64,000 nt of DNA from Haliotis cracherodii (taxonomy: Eukaryota), in the NCBI RefSeq assembly GCF_022045235.1, contig NW_027266271.1, positions 29,264,001 through 29,328,000 of the forward strand. Reading direction: 5' to 3'. A model generated the notes under the pieces. It made no database searches. It was not told where the DNA came from and saw nothing but the letters and a program-made list of their open reading frames with translations. Numbering within the stretch: position 1 is the stretch's first letter; every line of letters begins with the position of its first letter. Both the position numbers and the translations under genes were made by a program. This document shows, one piece after another, positions 36,248 to 47,685 of this stretch.

Positions 36248-37239
36248 CACTCTCGCGATTTTATTAAAAGTATCCAAACAACATTAAAACAACCCCACTA
36301 AAAAAAGCCCCAACAACTATGAAATTGTCTTTTCTTTATATCTTACCACCCTCATGAAACCTGTTTCCGTGATCGAAGAAGACTATTGGTATCCCCCTTC
36401 GGACATTAGCTGTTAACCGAAGTTGACCAGTGCATGTTGGAAATTGTCTCGAATACGACACTAAAGGAAGAGGGTCTTGTAGAGTGTGGTAATCAAAGCT
36501 GGACTGAAAATGATTGACGTATTGACGTCGAAATATACAATAAAGATTGCATATTCCCACGTGACCAAGCTCAATACGGGTCCTGTTTCACCTGATATGG
36601 CGGAGAGTCAACACTTGGTTTTTTCACTGGAATGCTAAAAGCGAGCAGTTGTCCCCAGTCGCCCGTGTGTCGAGGTAGAAGCGGTTTCACAGTGGATGGT
36701 AGCTTTGTTCGCTTAGGCAACTTTTTATTTCTTGCAGCCGAACAATGTGTGCATTCTATCATAATAGACCACCACCGGCCCTCCACGCTACGGCATAACT
36801 CCACATACCACAGAACGCCAGTGTGACAGTAAAGAAAGCGGAACATGTGCGGCGGCGGCGGGAGAGGTGGGGGGGGGGGGGGGGGGGGGCGATGTAGCTG
36901 GCAGCGGCATCTCGCCGTCCATAGCCCTTCATATAAGAATTAGCGTCGCCAAACGAAAAGATGAACGAGTCTTTGATCAAAACCACCTGAACACGTTAAA
37001 GGTGATCTCTGTGTTGGCCTGGTATTGTATACATGGCTCTCTGTCTGGAAATCGCATCGTCATTTTCCTGCCCGCGGTACCACTTATGCTGTTATGGGAA
37101 TAAACATGACGTTGACACTATGAACATAAAGGAATAGACATGAGTCGGTGAGTGAGGTTTGTGTCGCTGTCAACAGTAGTCCAGTCATATCACAGCCTGT
37201 CAGTTTCATGGGCGAGGAAAGCTCGAAGTGATACATAAA

Positions 37240-37385
37240 GGTTGGTTGGTTGGTTTGTTGTTTAACGCTGCTCTCGGCAATATTCCAACTATATGGCTGT
37301 GGTCTGTAAAAAATCGAGACTGGACAGGACAATCCAGTGGTTAATACCATGAGCATCGATCCACGCAATTGGGATCGATGACAAA
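37240..37385 (-). mobile_element. SINE family A, 3' half
   Basis: Reverse complement of the family A tail; ends where the next array begins. Confidence 0.85.
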
Positions 37386-37389
37386 GCAA

Positions 37390-38185
37390 CTATGTTAATA
37401 AAGGAATATACATGAAGGGGTGACTAGGTTAATATAGGACTATACATGAAGGGTGAATATGTTAATATAGGAATATACATGAAGGGTGGATATGTTAATA
37501 TAGGAATATACAGGAAGGGTGATTATGTTAATATAGGAATATACATGAAGGGTGACTATGTTAATGTAGGAATATACATGAAGGGTGACTATGTTAATAT
37601 AGGAATATACAGGAAGGGTGACTATGTTAATACAGGAATATACATGAAGGGTGACTATGTTAATATAGGAATATACAGAAAGAGGGTGACTATGTTAATG
37701 TAGGAATATACAGAAAGAGGGGTGACTATGTTAATGTAGGAATATACATGAAGGGTGACTATGTTAATGTAGGAATATACATGAAGGGTGACTATGTTAA
37801 TATAGGAACATACAGGAAGGGGTGACTATGTTAATATAGGAATATACATGATGGGTGACTATGTTAATATAGGAATATACAGAAAGAGGGTGACTATGGT
37901 TAATGTAGGAACATACAGAAAGTGGGTGACTTTGTTAATGTAGGAATATACAGAAAGGAGGGTGACTATGTTAATGTAGGAATATACAGAAAGAGGGTGA
38001 CTATATTAATGTAGGAATATACAGAAAGTGGGTGACTATGTTAATGTAGGAATATACAGAAAGAGGGTGACTATGTTAATATAGGAATATACATGAAGGG
38101 TGACTATGTTAATGTAGGAATATACATGAAGGGTGACTATGTTAATGTAGGAATATACAGGAAGGGGTCACTTGTTTATATTGGA
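37390..38185. repeat. Minisatellite, 33-35 bp unit, ~24 copies
   Basis: Unit tatgttaatataggaatatacatgaagggtgac. Confidence 0.95.
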
Positions 38186-38199
38186 ATATGTATGAAGGA

Positions 38200-38392
38200 G
38201 CCGCCATTTCTTTTTAAGCAAATGCAAGGGATATGAGAGGTGGAATCTCATTGGTTAGTAGGAGTGGCATTGAATGGACATAACTTGTAATAGCCACCAT
38301 TGGTGCAATCGAGCCAAGAAATTCCAGCCTTGTTCGGTTAGTTTGGACACTGGACTTTTAGAGTCAGTTAACTCCCTTTCTTCAGGAGGATG
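38200..38392 (+). mobile_element. Diverged right half of MITE family F
   Basis: Colinear with 55575-55752, including the terminal gtcagttaactccctttc. Confidence 0.75.
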
Positions 38393-38744
38393 TGTTATTT
38401 ATTTTTTATTCCAAACACAGTGCCCTTGACAGGTAAAACTGGGAAAATTATGGTCACAACTGGATGTTTTTTTTATTAAAAAATTTAAGGAAGTGGGAAA
38501 TGTTTAATTCAAACTGGGATTTTTTTTCTGAGCAGCCTTGGGGCCGAAGATCGACTTCTGATCAAATCTATTTAAATCCCTGCGATGTACATCATTTTAA
38601 GCACATCTTATATTCCTGATGTTCGGTCCTGATAGTTTTGGAGTTCCCAATTTCATAGAATACTGATTTATTCCATGTTTATACATAAGCACATATAATT
38701 CAAATTATACATACGTATACATAACAATGGACATACTATAGTCT

Positions 38745-38773
38745 GAGGAGGAAGGTAGGAGCCAGGTAGGGGT

Positions 38774-38804
<31 letters not shown>

Positions 38805-39435
38805 GGGGGGGGGGTAGGAGCAGCTAGAGAGGGGCAGGGGGGAGGATAGGAGCCAGCTTGGGGGGCAGGGGGGAGGACAGGAGCCAGCTGGGGAGCAGGG
38901 GGACTGGGAGGGTAGGAGCCAGCTAGGGAGGGGGAGGGGGAGGATAGGAGCCAGCTTGGGGGGGCAGGGGGAGGACAGGAGCCAACTAGGAGTGGAGGGG
39001 GAGTGGAGGAGCGAGGTAGGGGGAGGGGGGAGGGTAGGAGCAGCTAGGGGGAGGGGGTAGGGGGTAGGAGCCAGATAGGGAGGGGCAGGGGGGATAAAAG
39101 CCAGCTAGGAGTGGAGGGGGAAGGTAGGAGCCAGGTAGGGGGGAGGGTAGGAGCCAGCTAGAGAGGGGCAGGGGGAGGATAGGAGCCAGCTTGGGGGAGC
39201 AGGGGGAGGACAGGAGCCAGCTGGGGAGCAGGGGACTGGGAGGGTAGGAGCCAGCTAGGGAGGGGGAGGGGGAGGATAGGAGCCAGCTTGGGGGGCAGGG
39301 GGAGGACAGGAGCCAGCTGGGGAGCAGGGGGTGGGAGGGTAGGAGCCAGCTAGGGGTGGAGGGGAAAGGGTATGAACCAATTAGGGGTGGAGGGGGAGGA
39401 GAGAGCCAGCTAGGGGCAGGGGGAGAGTAGGAACT
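38745..39435. repeat. G-rich degenerate minisatellite (~28-30 bp)
   Basis: Recurrent ggtaggagccagctagggg with many G4-G7 runs and one long G homopolymer. Confidence 0.9.
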
Positions 39436-40169
39436 GGTTTCGTTAGATAATTATATAGTAGTCAAGATCGCGTTTACAAAATTAAGTATTTGTTTTCGTT
39501 TCATCAAAATGAGTTAGAAGGGGTTAACACCGATTTTTACAGGAATGACTATAACATGTGCAGTATCGAATCACCAAGTGTTTAATCATGCTAAACGCAC
39601 ATGAACCCTTCGTCTCTGTACATCCACCGTAAAGCATTACACTTTCGGCATCGTCTCTAAAACCATCAAGCCTATATTAAACTGGAGCCTTGTATTGACT
39701 ATTAACATGCTCAGAAAAATCCGATCCGCCATCCCAGCCATATTGAAACGTCCTACCCAGCAATTTCTAGATGTTTCATTGTAACATGTGATATAGGTAC
39801 TGATATGCTCAAAGAACAGATGCGGCGTTTATTGGCGAGTACTTTACCCAACTGGGATCTTCTCTAGACATATTCGTGGTGATTGTATTTCCAAAATTAC
39901 AATCTAGGGTGTCAGCCTCAGATAACTGCATTTGAAGAAACCCTTAATTACACCATATGTTGCCGCCTACAAAAAATACATTTTCACGAACAGTAGTGTA
40001 TCATAATGTCTACCCACTCGCCTTTGACCTTTATCTTCTGTAAACATCAGCGTCACAGCAAACAAGAACATATACCAGAAAGAACATTTCAAATACATCC
40101 AGCGACGTCGCCAACTGTGCTCCTTTAAGCAATGTGTCGTGTTAGGGCCCGGAGGAGGACCAGTGGTGT

Positions 40170-42100
40170 ATGGAGGTAGTCATGTCATTGTTTGTGGCGT
40201 TTGAAGGTGTCATGTCATTGTGTGTGGCGATTTGGAGCTTGTCATGTCATTGTGTGTGGCGTCTGGATCTGATTGTGTCATTGTGCGTGAGGTCTGGAGC
40301 TGATCTTGTCATTGGTGGTGTGGCGTCTGGAGCTAGTCATGTCATTGTGTGTGGTGTCTGGATCTGTTCGTGTCATTGTGTGTGGCGTCTGGATCTGATC
40401 GTGTCATTGTGCGTGGCGTCTTAAGCTGATCGTTTCATTGTGTGTGGCGTCTGGAGCTTGTCATGTCATTGTGTGTGGCGTCTGGATCTGATCGTGTCAT
40501 TGTGTGTGGCGTCTGGAGCTTGTCATGTCATTGTGTGTGTGATGTCTGGATCTGTTCATTTCATTGTGTGTGGCGTCTGGATCTGATCGTGTCATTGTGC
40601 GTGGCGTCTTGAGCTGATCGTGTCATTGTGTGTGGCGTCTGGAGCTTGTCATGTCATTGTGTGTGGAGTCTGGATCTGATCGTGTCATTGTGCGTGGCGT
40701 CTGGAGCTATACATGTCATTGTGTTTTGTGTCTGGATCTGTTTGTGTCATTGTGTGTGGCGTCTGGATCTGATCGTGTCATTGTGTGTGGCGTCTTGAGC
40801 TGATCGTGTCATTGTGTGTGGCGTCTGGAGCTTGTCATGTCATGGTGTGTGGAGTCTGGATCTGATCGTGTCATTGTGCGTGGCGTCTGGAGCTAGTCAT
40901 GTCATTGTGTGTGTGGCGTCTGGATCTGATCGTGTCATTGTGCGTGGCGTCTTAAGCTGATCGTGTCATTGTGTGTGGCGTCTGAATCTGATTCGTAGTC
41001 ATTGTGTGTGGCGTCTGGATCTGATCGTGTCATTGTGTTTGGCGTCCTGGATCTGTTCGTGTCATTGTGTGTGGCGTCTGGATCTGATCGTGTCATTGTG
41101 CGTGGCGTCTGGATCTGATCGTGTCATTGTGTGTGGCGTCTGGATCTGATCGTGTCATTGTGTGTGGCGTCTGGATCTGATCGTGTCATTGTGTGTGGCG
41201 TCTGGATCTGTTCGTGTCATTGTGTGTGGCGTCTGGATCTGATCATGTCATTGTGTGTGGCGTCTGGATCTGTTCGTGTCATTGTGTGTGGCGTCTGGAT
41301 CTGATCGTGTCATTGTGTGTGGCGTCTGGATCTGATCGTGTCATTGTGTGTGGCGTCTGGATCTGTTCGTGTCATTGTGTGTGGCGTCTGGAGCTGATCG
41401 TGTCATTGTGTGTGGCGTCTGGATCTGATCGTGTCATTGTGCGTGGCGTCTGGATCTCTTCGTGTCATTGTGTGTGGCGTCTGGATCTAATCATGTCATT
41501 GTGCGTGGCGTCTGGATCTGATCGTGTCATTGTGTGTGGCGTCTGGATCTCTTCGTGTCATTGTGTGTGGCGTCCTGGATCTGATCGTGTCATTGTGTGT
41601 GGCTTCTGGATCTCTTCGTGTCATTGTGTGTGGCGTCTGGATCTGATCGTGCCATTGTGCGTGGCGTCTGGATCTGTTCGTGTCATTGTGTGTGGAGTCT
41701 GGATCTGATCGTGTCATTGTGCGTGGCGTCTGGATCTGATCGTGTCATTGTGCGTGGCGTCTGGATCTGTCGTGTGTCATTGTGTGTGGTGTCTGGAGCT
41801 GATCGTGTCATTGTGTGTGCGTCTGGGGCTATTCGTGTCATTGTGTGTGGTGTTTGGAGGTAGTCATGTCATTGTGTGTGGTGTCAAGACGAAGTCATGT
41901 CATTAAGTGTGGCGTCTGGAGCTTAGTCGTGTCATTGTATGTGGTGTCTGGATCTGATCGTGTCATTGTGTGTGGCGTCTGGAGCTTGCCAAGTCATTGT
42001 ATGGTGTGTCTGGATCTGTTCGTGTCATTGTGTGTGGCGTCTTGAGCTAGTCATGTCATTGTTTGTTGCGTTTGGAGGTAGTCATGCCATTGTGTGTCAT
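40170..42100. repeat. Minisatellite, 31 bp unit, ~60 copies
   Basis: Unit gtgtcattgtgtgtggcgtctggatctgatc. Confidence 0.95.
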
Positions 42101-42131
42101 AAGGCTGAACACTCAAATGACATTTACATGA

Positions 42132-42267
42132 GTGAGTGAGTTTGATTTCACAGCTTTTAGCAGACACCAGAAATGGGCTTCACACACTGTAGCCATGTCG
42201 GTAATCGAGCCCGGGGTTTTCGGCGTGACAAGCGAACACTTTAACCACTAGGCTACCCGACTGCCCC
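42132..42267 (-). mobile_element. tRNA-derived SINE family B (deleted)
   Basis: Homologous to 16127-16293; imperfect TSD catttacatga/cattgacatga. Confidence 0.85.
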
Positions 42268-42874
42268 TCATTGACATGAATGTTAATGTTATTAATAGAA
42301 TAAGATATGCTCAAATCTGGTAATTGATGTGCTGTGTTATATTTTCAATTTGATTGTTTTAAATATCTATTTGTATTCCTTATATGTCATAATTGTCTTT
42401 TTTGAAAGATATTAACCCTTCTGTTCAAAATAGTTGTGACTTTATTCCTGCGTTATCCCCCAGACAGTCCGTGACGTTCTTGTCGATTTCCACTGTCGAT
42501 ATCGTGGCCAAAGTCGGGAAATTGTGCTCAGGGCAACGTTCAAATGCTGTGCCACTGATGTGTGTGATTCCCCAGCTTCAAGGGGACCAATGGAGTTATT
42601 TTCCGCTTTACAGTTTTACAGTTCACTTTCTTAACTGAATGATTTGTGAAGACGACATGTGTCATAACGTTCCAGAAGAAATCCGAGACAATGCCATGAC
42701 TTGAACGTGAAAACTGTCTACGACTTTCCTAAGAAAACAAATCATGCAAATGTCATAGGTCATCGACATGAACTCTACCCACGACCATAACGCCCTGCCT
42801 TGACACTCTATTGTCATGCAGTAGTGTACTATGGTAAACGGAGCCCAGACAAGTTTTGGTTTTGAAAATGTTGT

Positions 42875-43570
42875 GATAGCGTGTCTTGTCTATTATCAAC
42901 TGTATGTGTGTATTAGTGTATTGTTTATTATCAAATGTAAGTGTGTATCAATGTGTATTGTTTATTGTCAACTGGATGTGTTTTTCAATGTGTATTGTTT
43001 ATTATCAACTGAGGGGGCACGGTTGGCCCAGTCGTCTAAGGCGGCGCGATTCGCTTTGAAGAGTTGCGTCCCTTGGGCACGCCAGAAACCTATGATTGTG
43101 GGTTCGAATCCCGGTTCGCCCAAATTATGTTTCTAGGTTTGTCAGCACCATACCTGTGCTCGTGGGTTTCACCGAACTGGTAAACGCCTGAGGCCTGCAT
43201 CACTTCGAGCTTTCCTCCCACATTAATCTGACACGCCGCGATATAGCTGGAAAACTGTTAAAAGCGGCGTTAAACCCAACTCACTCACTATTATCAACTG
43301 GATGTGTGTATTAATGTCTAGTGTTTATTGTCAACTGTATGTGTGTTTCAGGGTATTGTTTATTATCAACTGTGCGTGTGTATCAATGTGAATTGTTTAT
43401 TGTCAACCTTATAGGGGGGGGTATCAGTGTGTATTGATTATTATCAACTGTGTGTGTGTTTAAATGTGTCTTGTTTATTGACAACTGTATGTGTGCATCA
43501 GTGTTTATTGTTAATTGTCAGCTGTATGTGTGTATCAATGTGTATTGTTGATATTCAACTGTATGTGTGA
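42875..43570. repeat. Degenerate ~37 bp minisatellite interrupted by a SINE
   Basis: Unit tgtattgtttattatcaactgtatgtgtgtatcaatg. Confidence 0.85.
43012..43288 (+). mobile_element. tRNA-derived SINE family D, full length
   Basis: A box TGGCCCAGTCG(TCTAAGG), B box GGTTCGAATCC at 43101, ctttcctcccaca (V-domain-like), (ACTC)n tail; 12-bp TSD tattatcaactg. Confidence 0.9.
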
Positions 43571-45024
43571 ACTTATTTGACGCGTGTTTTGCAAACTATA
43601 CGTAACATCGTGTCCTGTCTACATAACATTTATAAGTATATGAATTTAGAAATACTACCATACAACTACCGTAACAGTCCTCAATATACAATGTACATAC
43701 ATGTCATATATACATGTACATTTATATGTAATACAAACTCCTGCATGTTATATACTCAAGAATTGACATGTGTGAACCCTAATAGAGTGAGGGCCAAAGT
43801 GTATAAACGTCAGAGCTTGCGACGTTCATTAATTTGGGCCGTGTGTTTATTAGGATGGGCCGTAGCGAGGAAATTCGTGAACAGTCATGCAGTCAAGCTC
43901 TCTGGCGTTATGCAATGTATACTGAAACGCGGAGACCAAGATTAAAGGTTCTAAATGATCGTAAAGAACGCTTATGAACGTTTTCATGCTTTGGGATTCC
44001 CAGGGGTTTCCCCAGGAATGTGTAAGTAGTCCGTCAGTGTTTACGTCATTTCAAGAACACGGTCTCGGGAAACGTCAAATTGTACACTTATGAACGTCAA
44101 TGTGGTGGTCATGTGACCGACCTCTCGTCCAATGGAAAAGACGTTTATCGTGTAAACGTCAAATTGATAAATGATATATATATGTAACACAATTTCCTGT
44201 CTGTGATATATGTGGCAGTTTCAGATGGTCTTGTATATTTCCTGAAAAGTATAATTCATGTACATTGTATGAAATGCAGTTTTCGTCATCTTGTTTTATT
44301 GCTTGCTCAGCCTACCTTAAGCATTACGCAATCAGTCACAGCCCTTTTTCTAAGTATGCTTACTGTAAGGGTTGCTTGTGGAAGTCACACTCTGTGTACT
44401 AACGCTGTAGCCTCGGCCCTTTCACGACTCAAGACCTTTCGTCTTCATGGCCAGCTTGGGTACACCTGAGAAGGTCTGTGGTCACTCCACATATATTCTT
44501 CGAAGGATAGACATATATCTATATTCTGACTTGTTATTCGCAATGATACCCTCTTTGGATCTCTTTTTGGGAACTTTGGATCAAATTCCAAGGTTAATAT
44601 TGTATCATTGGATTAATGATTTTATTCATCAAATGTATTTGCAATATTGTAGATATTGTTTGTATTTGGATATATGTGTGTTTAGATACGAATACACCGA
44701 ATGTGGATTCGTAATTATTATTACTTAAAACAACCAAATAAGTATCTACATTCATTGAAACAAGGATAGTATTTAACTAAAAAGTAATGTTAGTGTAATG
44801 TTTTGATAATAGTAGAAGTCATATGTGATATACGAGGTGAGGCTAAACAAGCATGTTTGTGATGAATGAATGAAGGTAAGCATGAATGAATGAAAACAAC
44901 GAATGAACGAATGGATAGTTTATAGTATTGTTCTATCATGCTCAGCTACATGTTTACTTGTACATGTGATGGAAGGTAACAGTGCTGAGTTCTATATTGT
45001 TCTTATTGGCATGTCTGCATGCAC

Positions 45025-45530
45025 TGTAACACAACTCCCTGTCTGTTATACACATATATATGTAACACAACTCCCTGTCTATTATACACATATGTATGTC
45101 ACACAACTTCCTGTCTGTTATACACATTTATATGTAACACAACCTCCTGTCTGTTATTTCCACATATATTATAACACAACTTCATGTCTGTTATACATAT
45201 GTATAGGTAACACAACTTTCTGTCTGTTATACACATATATATGTAACACAACCTCCTGTCTGTTATTTCCACATATATTATAACACAACTTCATGTCTGT
45301 TATACACATATATATGTAACACAACCCCCTGTCTGTTATACACATATGTATGTAACACAACCTCATGTCTGTTATACACATATATATGTAACACAACTTC
45401 CTGTCTGTTATACACATATATTTGTAACACAACTTCCTGTATGTTATTTCCACATATATTATAACACTACTTCATGTCTGTTATATAAATATATGACACA
45501 AATGTCTTGTCTTTTATACATATGTTTGGA
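45025..45530. repeat. Minisatellite, ~36 bp unit, ~14 copies
   Basis: Unit tgtaacacaacttcctgtctgttatacacatatata. Confidence 0.92.
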
Positions 45531-46576
45531 ACATATTTATTTTCACTGAAATATGAACATGGATTTGTACACAAATTGCGTATGTTAACATCGCTCCTGA
45601 CACCTGATGCACGATACAATTACTACATCAGTGGCGGTCGGATGTAACCACTGAATCATACATGCCAAGCTAGATACAGGATAAATATAATGGCAGTTTG
45701 TATTCATCAATTCATTTACTTCATTGAAAATCTGCCAGTTTTTAATGTAAAGTTTAAATTGAATCTAATATCGATTTCCGAATGGCATTATGGTTACAGA
45801 TTAAGCATCGCCATTTCGAAGATGGCGGGTTTTTTGTACACATAAAAAGGGAATTAAAGCATGGTATGGTATCCACAGGAGCAACATGTAATGTCAAAAA
45901 CATGTCTATTGTACTGATCCGCGTTAAGATCCGCGACGACTGAGTAGACTGAGAACGATAGGACATAACCTGTGTCCATAATTTGAATCCCCGCATATCC
46001 CATTATCCTTCCTTTCTGTGGCAGGTTCTTAAACTGTGTCTGTCTCTGCCCCCGTTAGGTTTTCTGGTAGCATATTCCAAAGTTTTGTTGTAGCTGGTGT
46101 ACAAGAATCTGCATCGGCTTTAGTAATACGCTTCACTGATTGAAAACTGGCTTATCAACGTTGTGCTTTCCGAAACTGTATGAAACTACAAGACTTCCCA
46201 GAGGTGCGAGGACATTTTTCATTTTGTAAAACGTTACCGATTGTGGATTTGTATCTTTCTGTCTGTTATATACATGTTCATGTAGCAGCTTGTTGTGTTC
46301 CCTATGTAATATTTGGCTGTGCGTTACGCGAGCGTTAGTGTTCATCGGCAGGTGCAGGATCACGAGACGGGAAACAACCCTCCGTCTTCCCATCAGTCAC
46401 ACAAATACGCATACACTGCAACCTTCTTGTCGAATCGCGTGATTTTAATGGCAAAACATCATCTCCATGTTCAAAGTGACAAAAATAATTGCGTGTGTTT
46501 ACCCAGCTGTGGGCTGAAAGTAGGACACGCAGCTCCACCCATACTCAGGTCGCGGAGGGACACACCCCGCGAGCCG

Positions 46577-46661
46577 ACTTACTCACCGCGCCACTAACAG
46601 CGGGAGATGTGTTGATTACACTGTTTGAACAGGCGTGATTGACAGGTCGAACTTTTATATA
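46577..46661 (-). promoter_or_regulatory. Candidate Pol II core promoter plus short non-coding first exon
   Basis: Minus strand TATATAAAAG (46661-46652), plausible start ~46626, donor GCG|GTGAGTAAGT at 46586; CpG-rich surroundings; CCACGCCC cluster upstream at 47050-47135. Confidence 0.4.
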
Positions 46662-47399
46662 CGTGTAAGTTGATGCAAACAGTTAAAATAGGAACTATTT
46701 GTCCTTGCGCAATGGCATTTAACTACACTGTGGCTTAACCCTTTCCATCCGACCCTTTCAGAGATTTTAACCAGTACTCATGCGATGTAATCGTGGTGTC
46801 ATGCAATCTGTGCTGTAATGCTCTGCTGGTTTGTGTTTGTGTTAGAGTTATCTTCTGTCCAAGTAGGGATTTAGTTTCATCATTGCGTGCAAATTGAATT
46901 TCAGTCAGAGGCAGGCCGTTTACCTCCATACTACATATAGCACGATGTGTTGTGACGTCACTATACCTGGCTGCAGGACAATATGTGTTTATGATATGCA
47001 TTACCTGACGCCTGATTCCTTCAACCACCTCTGACTAGATATCTCAAACCTCGCCACGCCCACCCCACCACGCCCACCTCGCCACGCCCACCTCACTACG
47101 CCCAGCTCACCCACACGCCCCTCCCACGCACGCCTGCTGTTGTGTCTGTATCAAAGAGAAGCATCTGACATCCCGTGTCCTGCTGCTGACCGAGGTCCAC
47201 CTGTGATCAGACGTACCCCATCCAACCGACCATTTCTTAAGATAACACACAACCTCATCGGCTTTCGTTAAAATGTAGTCAGTCCATGTTTAGATTACAT
47301 TAATGCTGCCAATGTTTAGGCCCACCATTTAATATCCTGAGTGGGTGAGAGTGGGATGAGAGGCGGAGTGGGGCAGATTTCCACAAAACACTCAATACG

Positions 47400-47685
47400 C
47401 ATGTTTAGTAGACCTACTGACATGCAACCTACAAGGTCTACTGACATGCAGCCTACCCATGTTTAGTAGACCTACTGACATGCAGCCTCCCCATGGTTAG
47501 TAGACCTACTTACATGCAGCCTACCTATGTTTAGTTGACCTACTGACATGCAGCCTCTCCATGTTTAGTAGACCTACTGACATGCAGCCTCTCCATGTTT
47601 AGTAGACCTACTGACATGCAGCATACCAATCTTGAGTAGACCTACTAACATGTAACCAACCAATGTTTAGTAGACCTACTGACAT
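47400..47685. repeat. Minisatellite, 34 bp unit, ~8 copies
   Basis: Unit catgtttagtagacctactgacatgcagcctctc. Confidence 0.9.
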
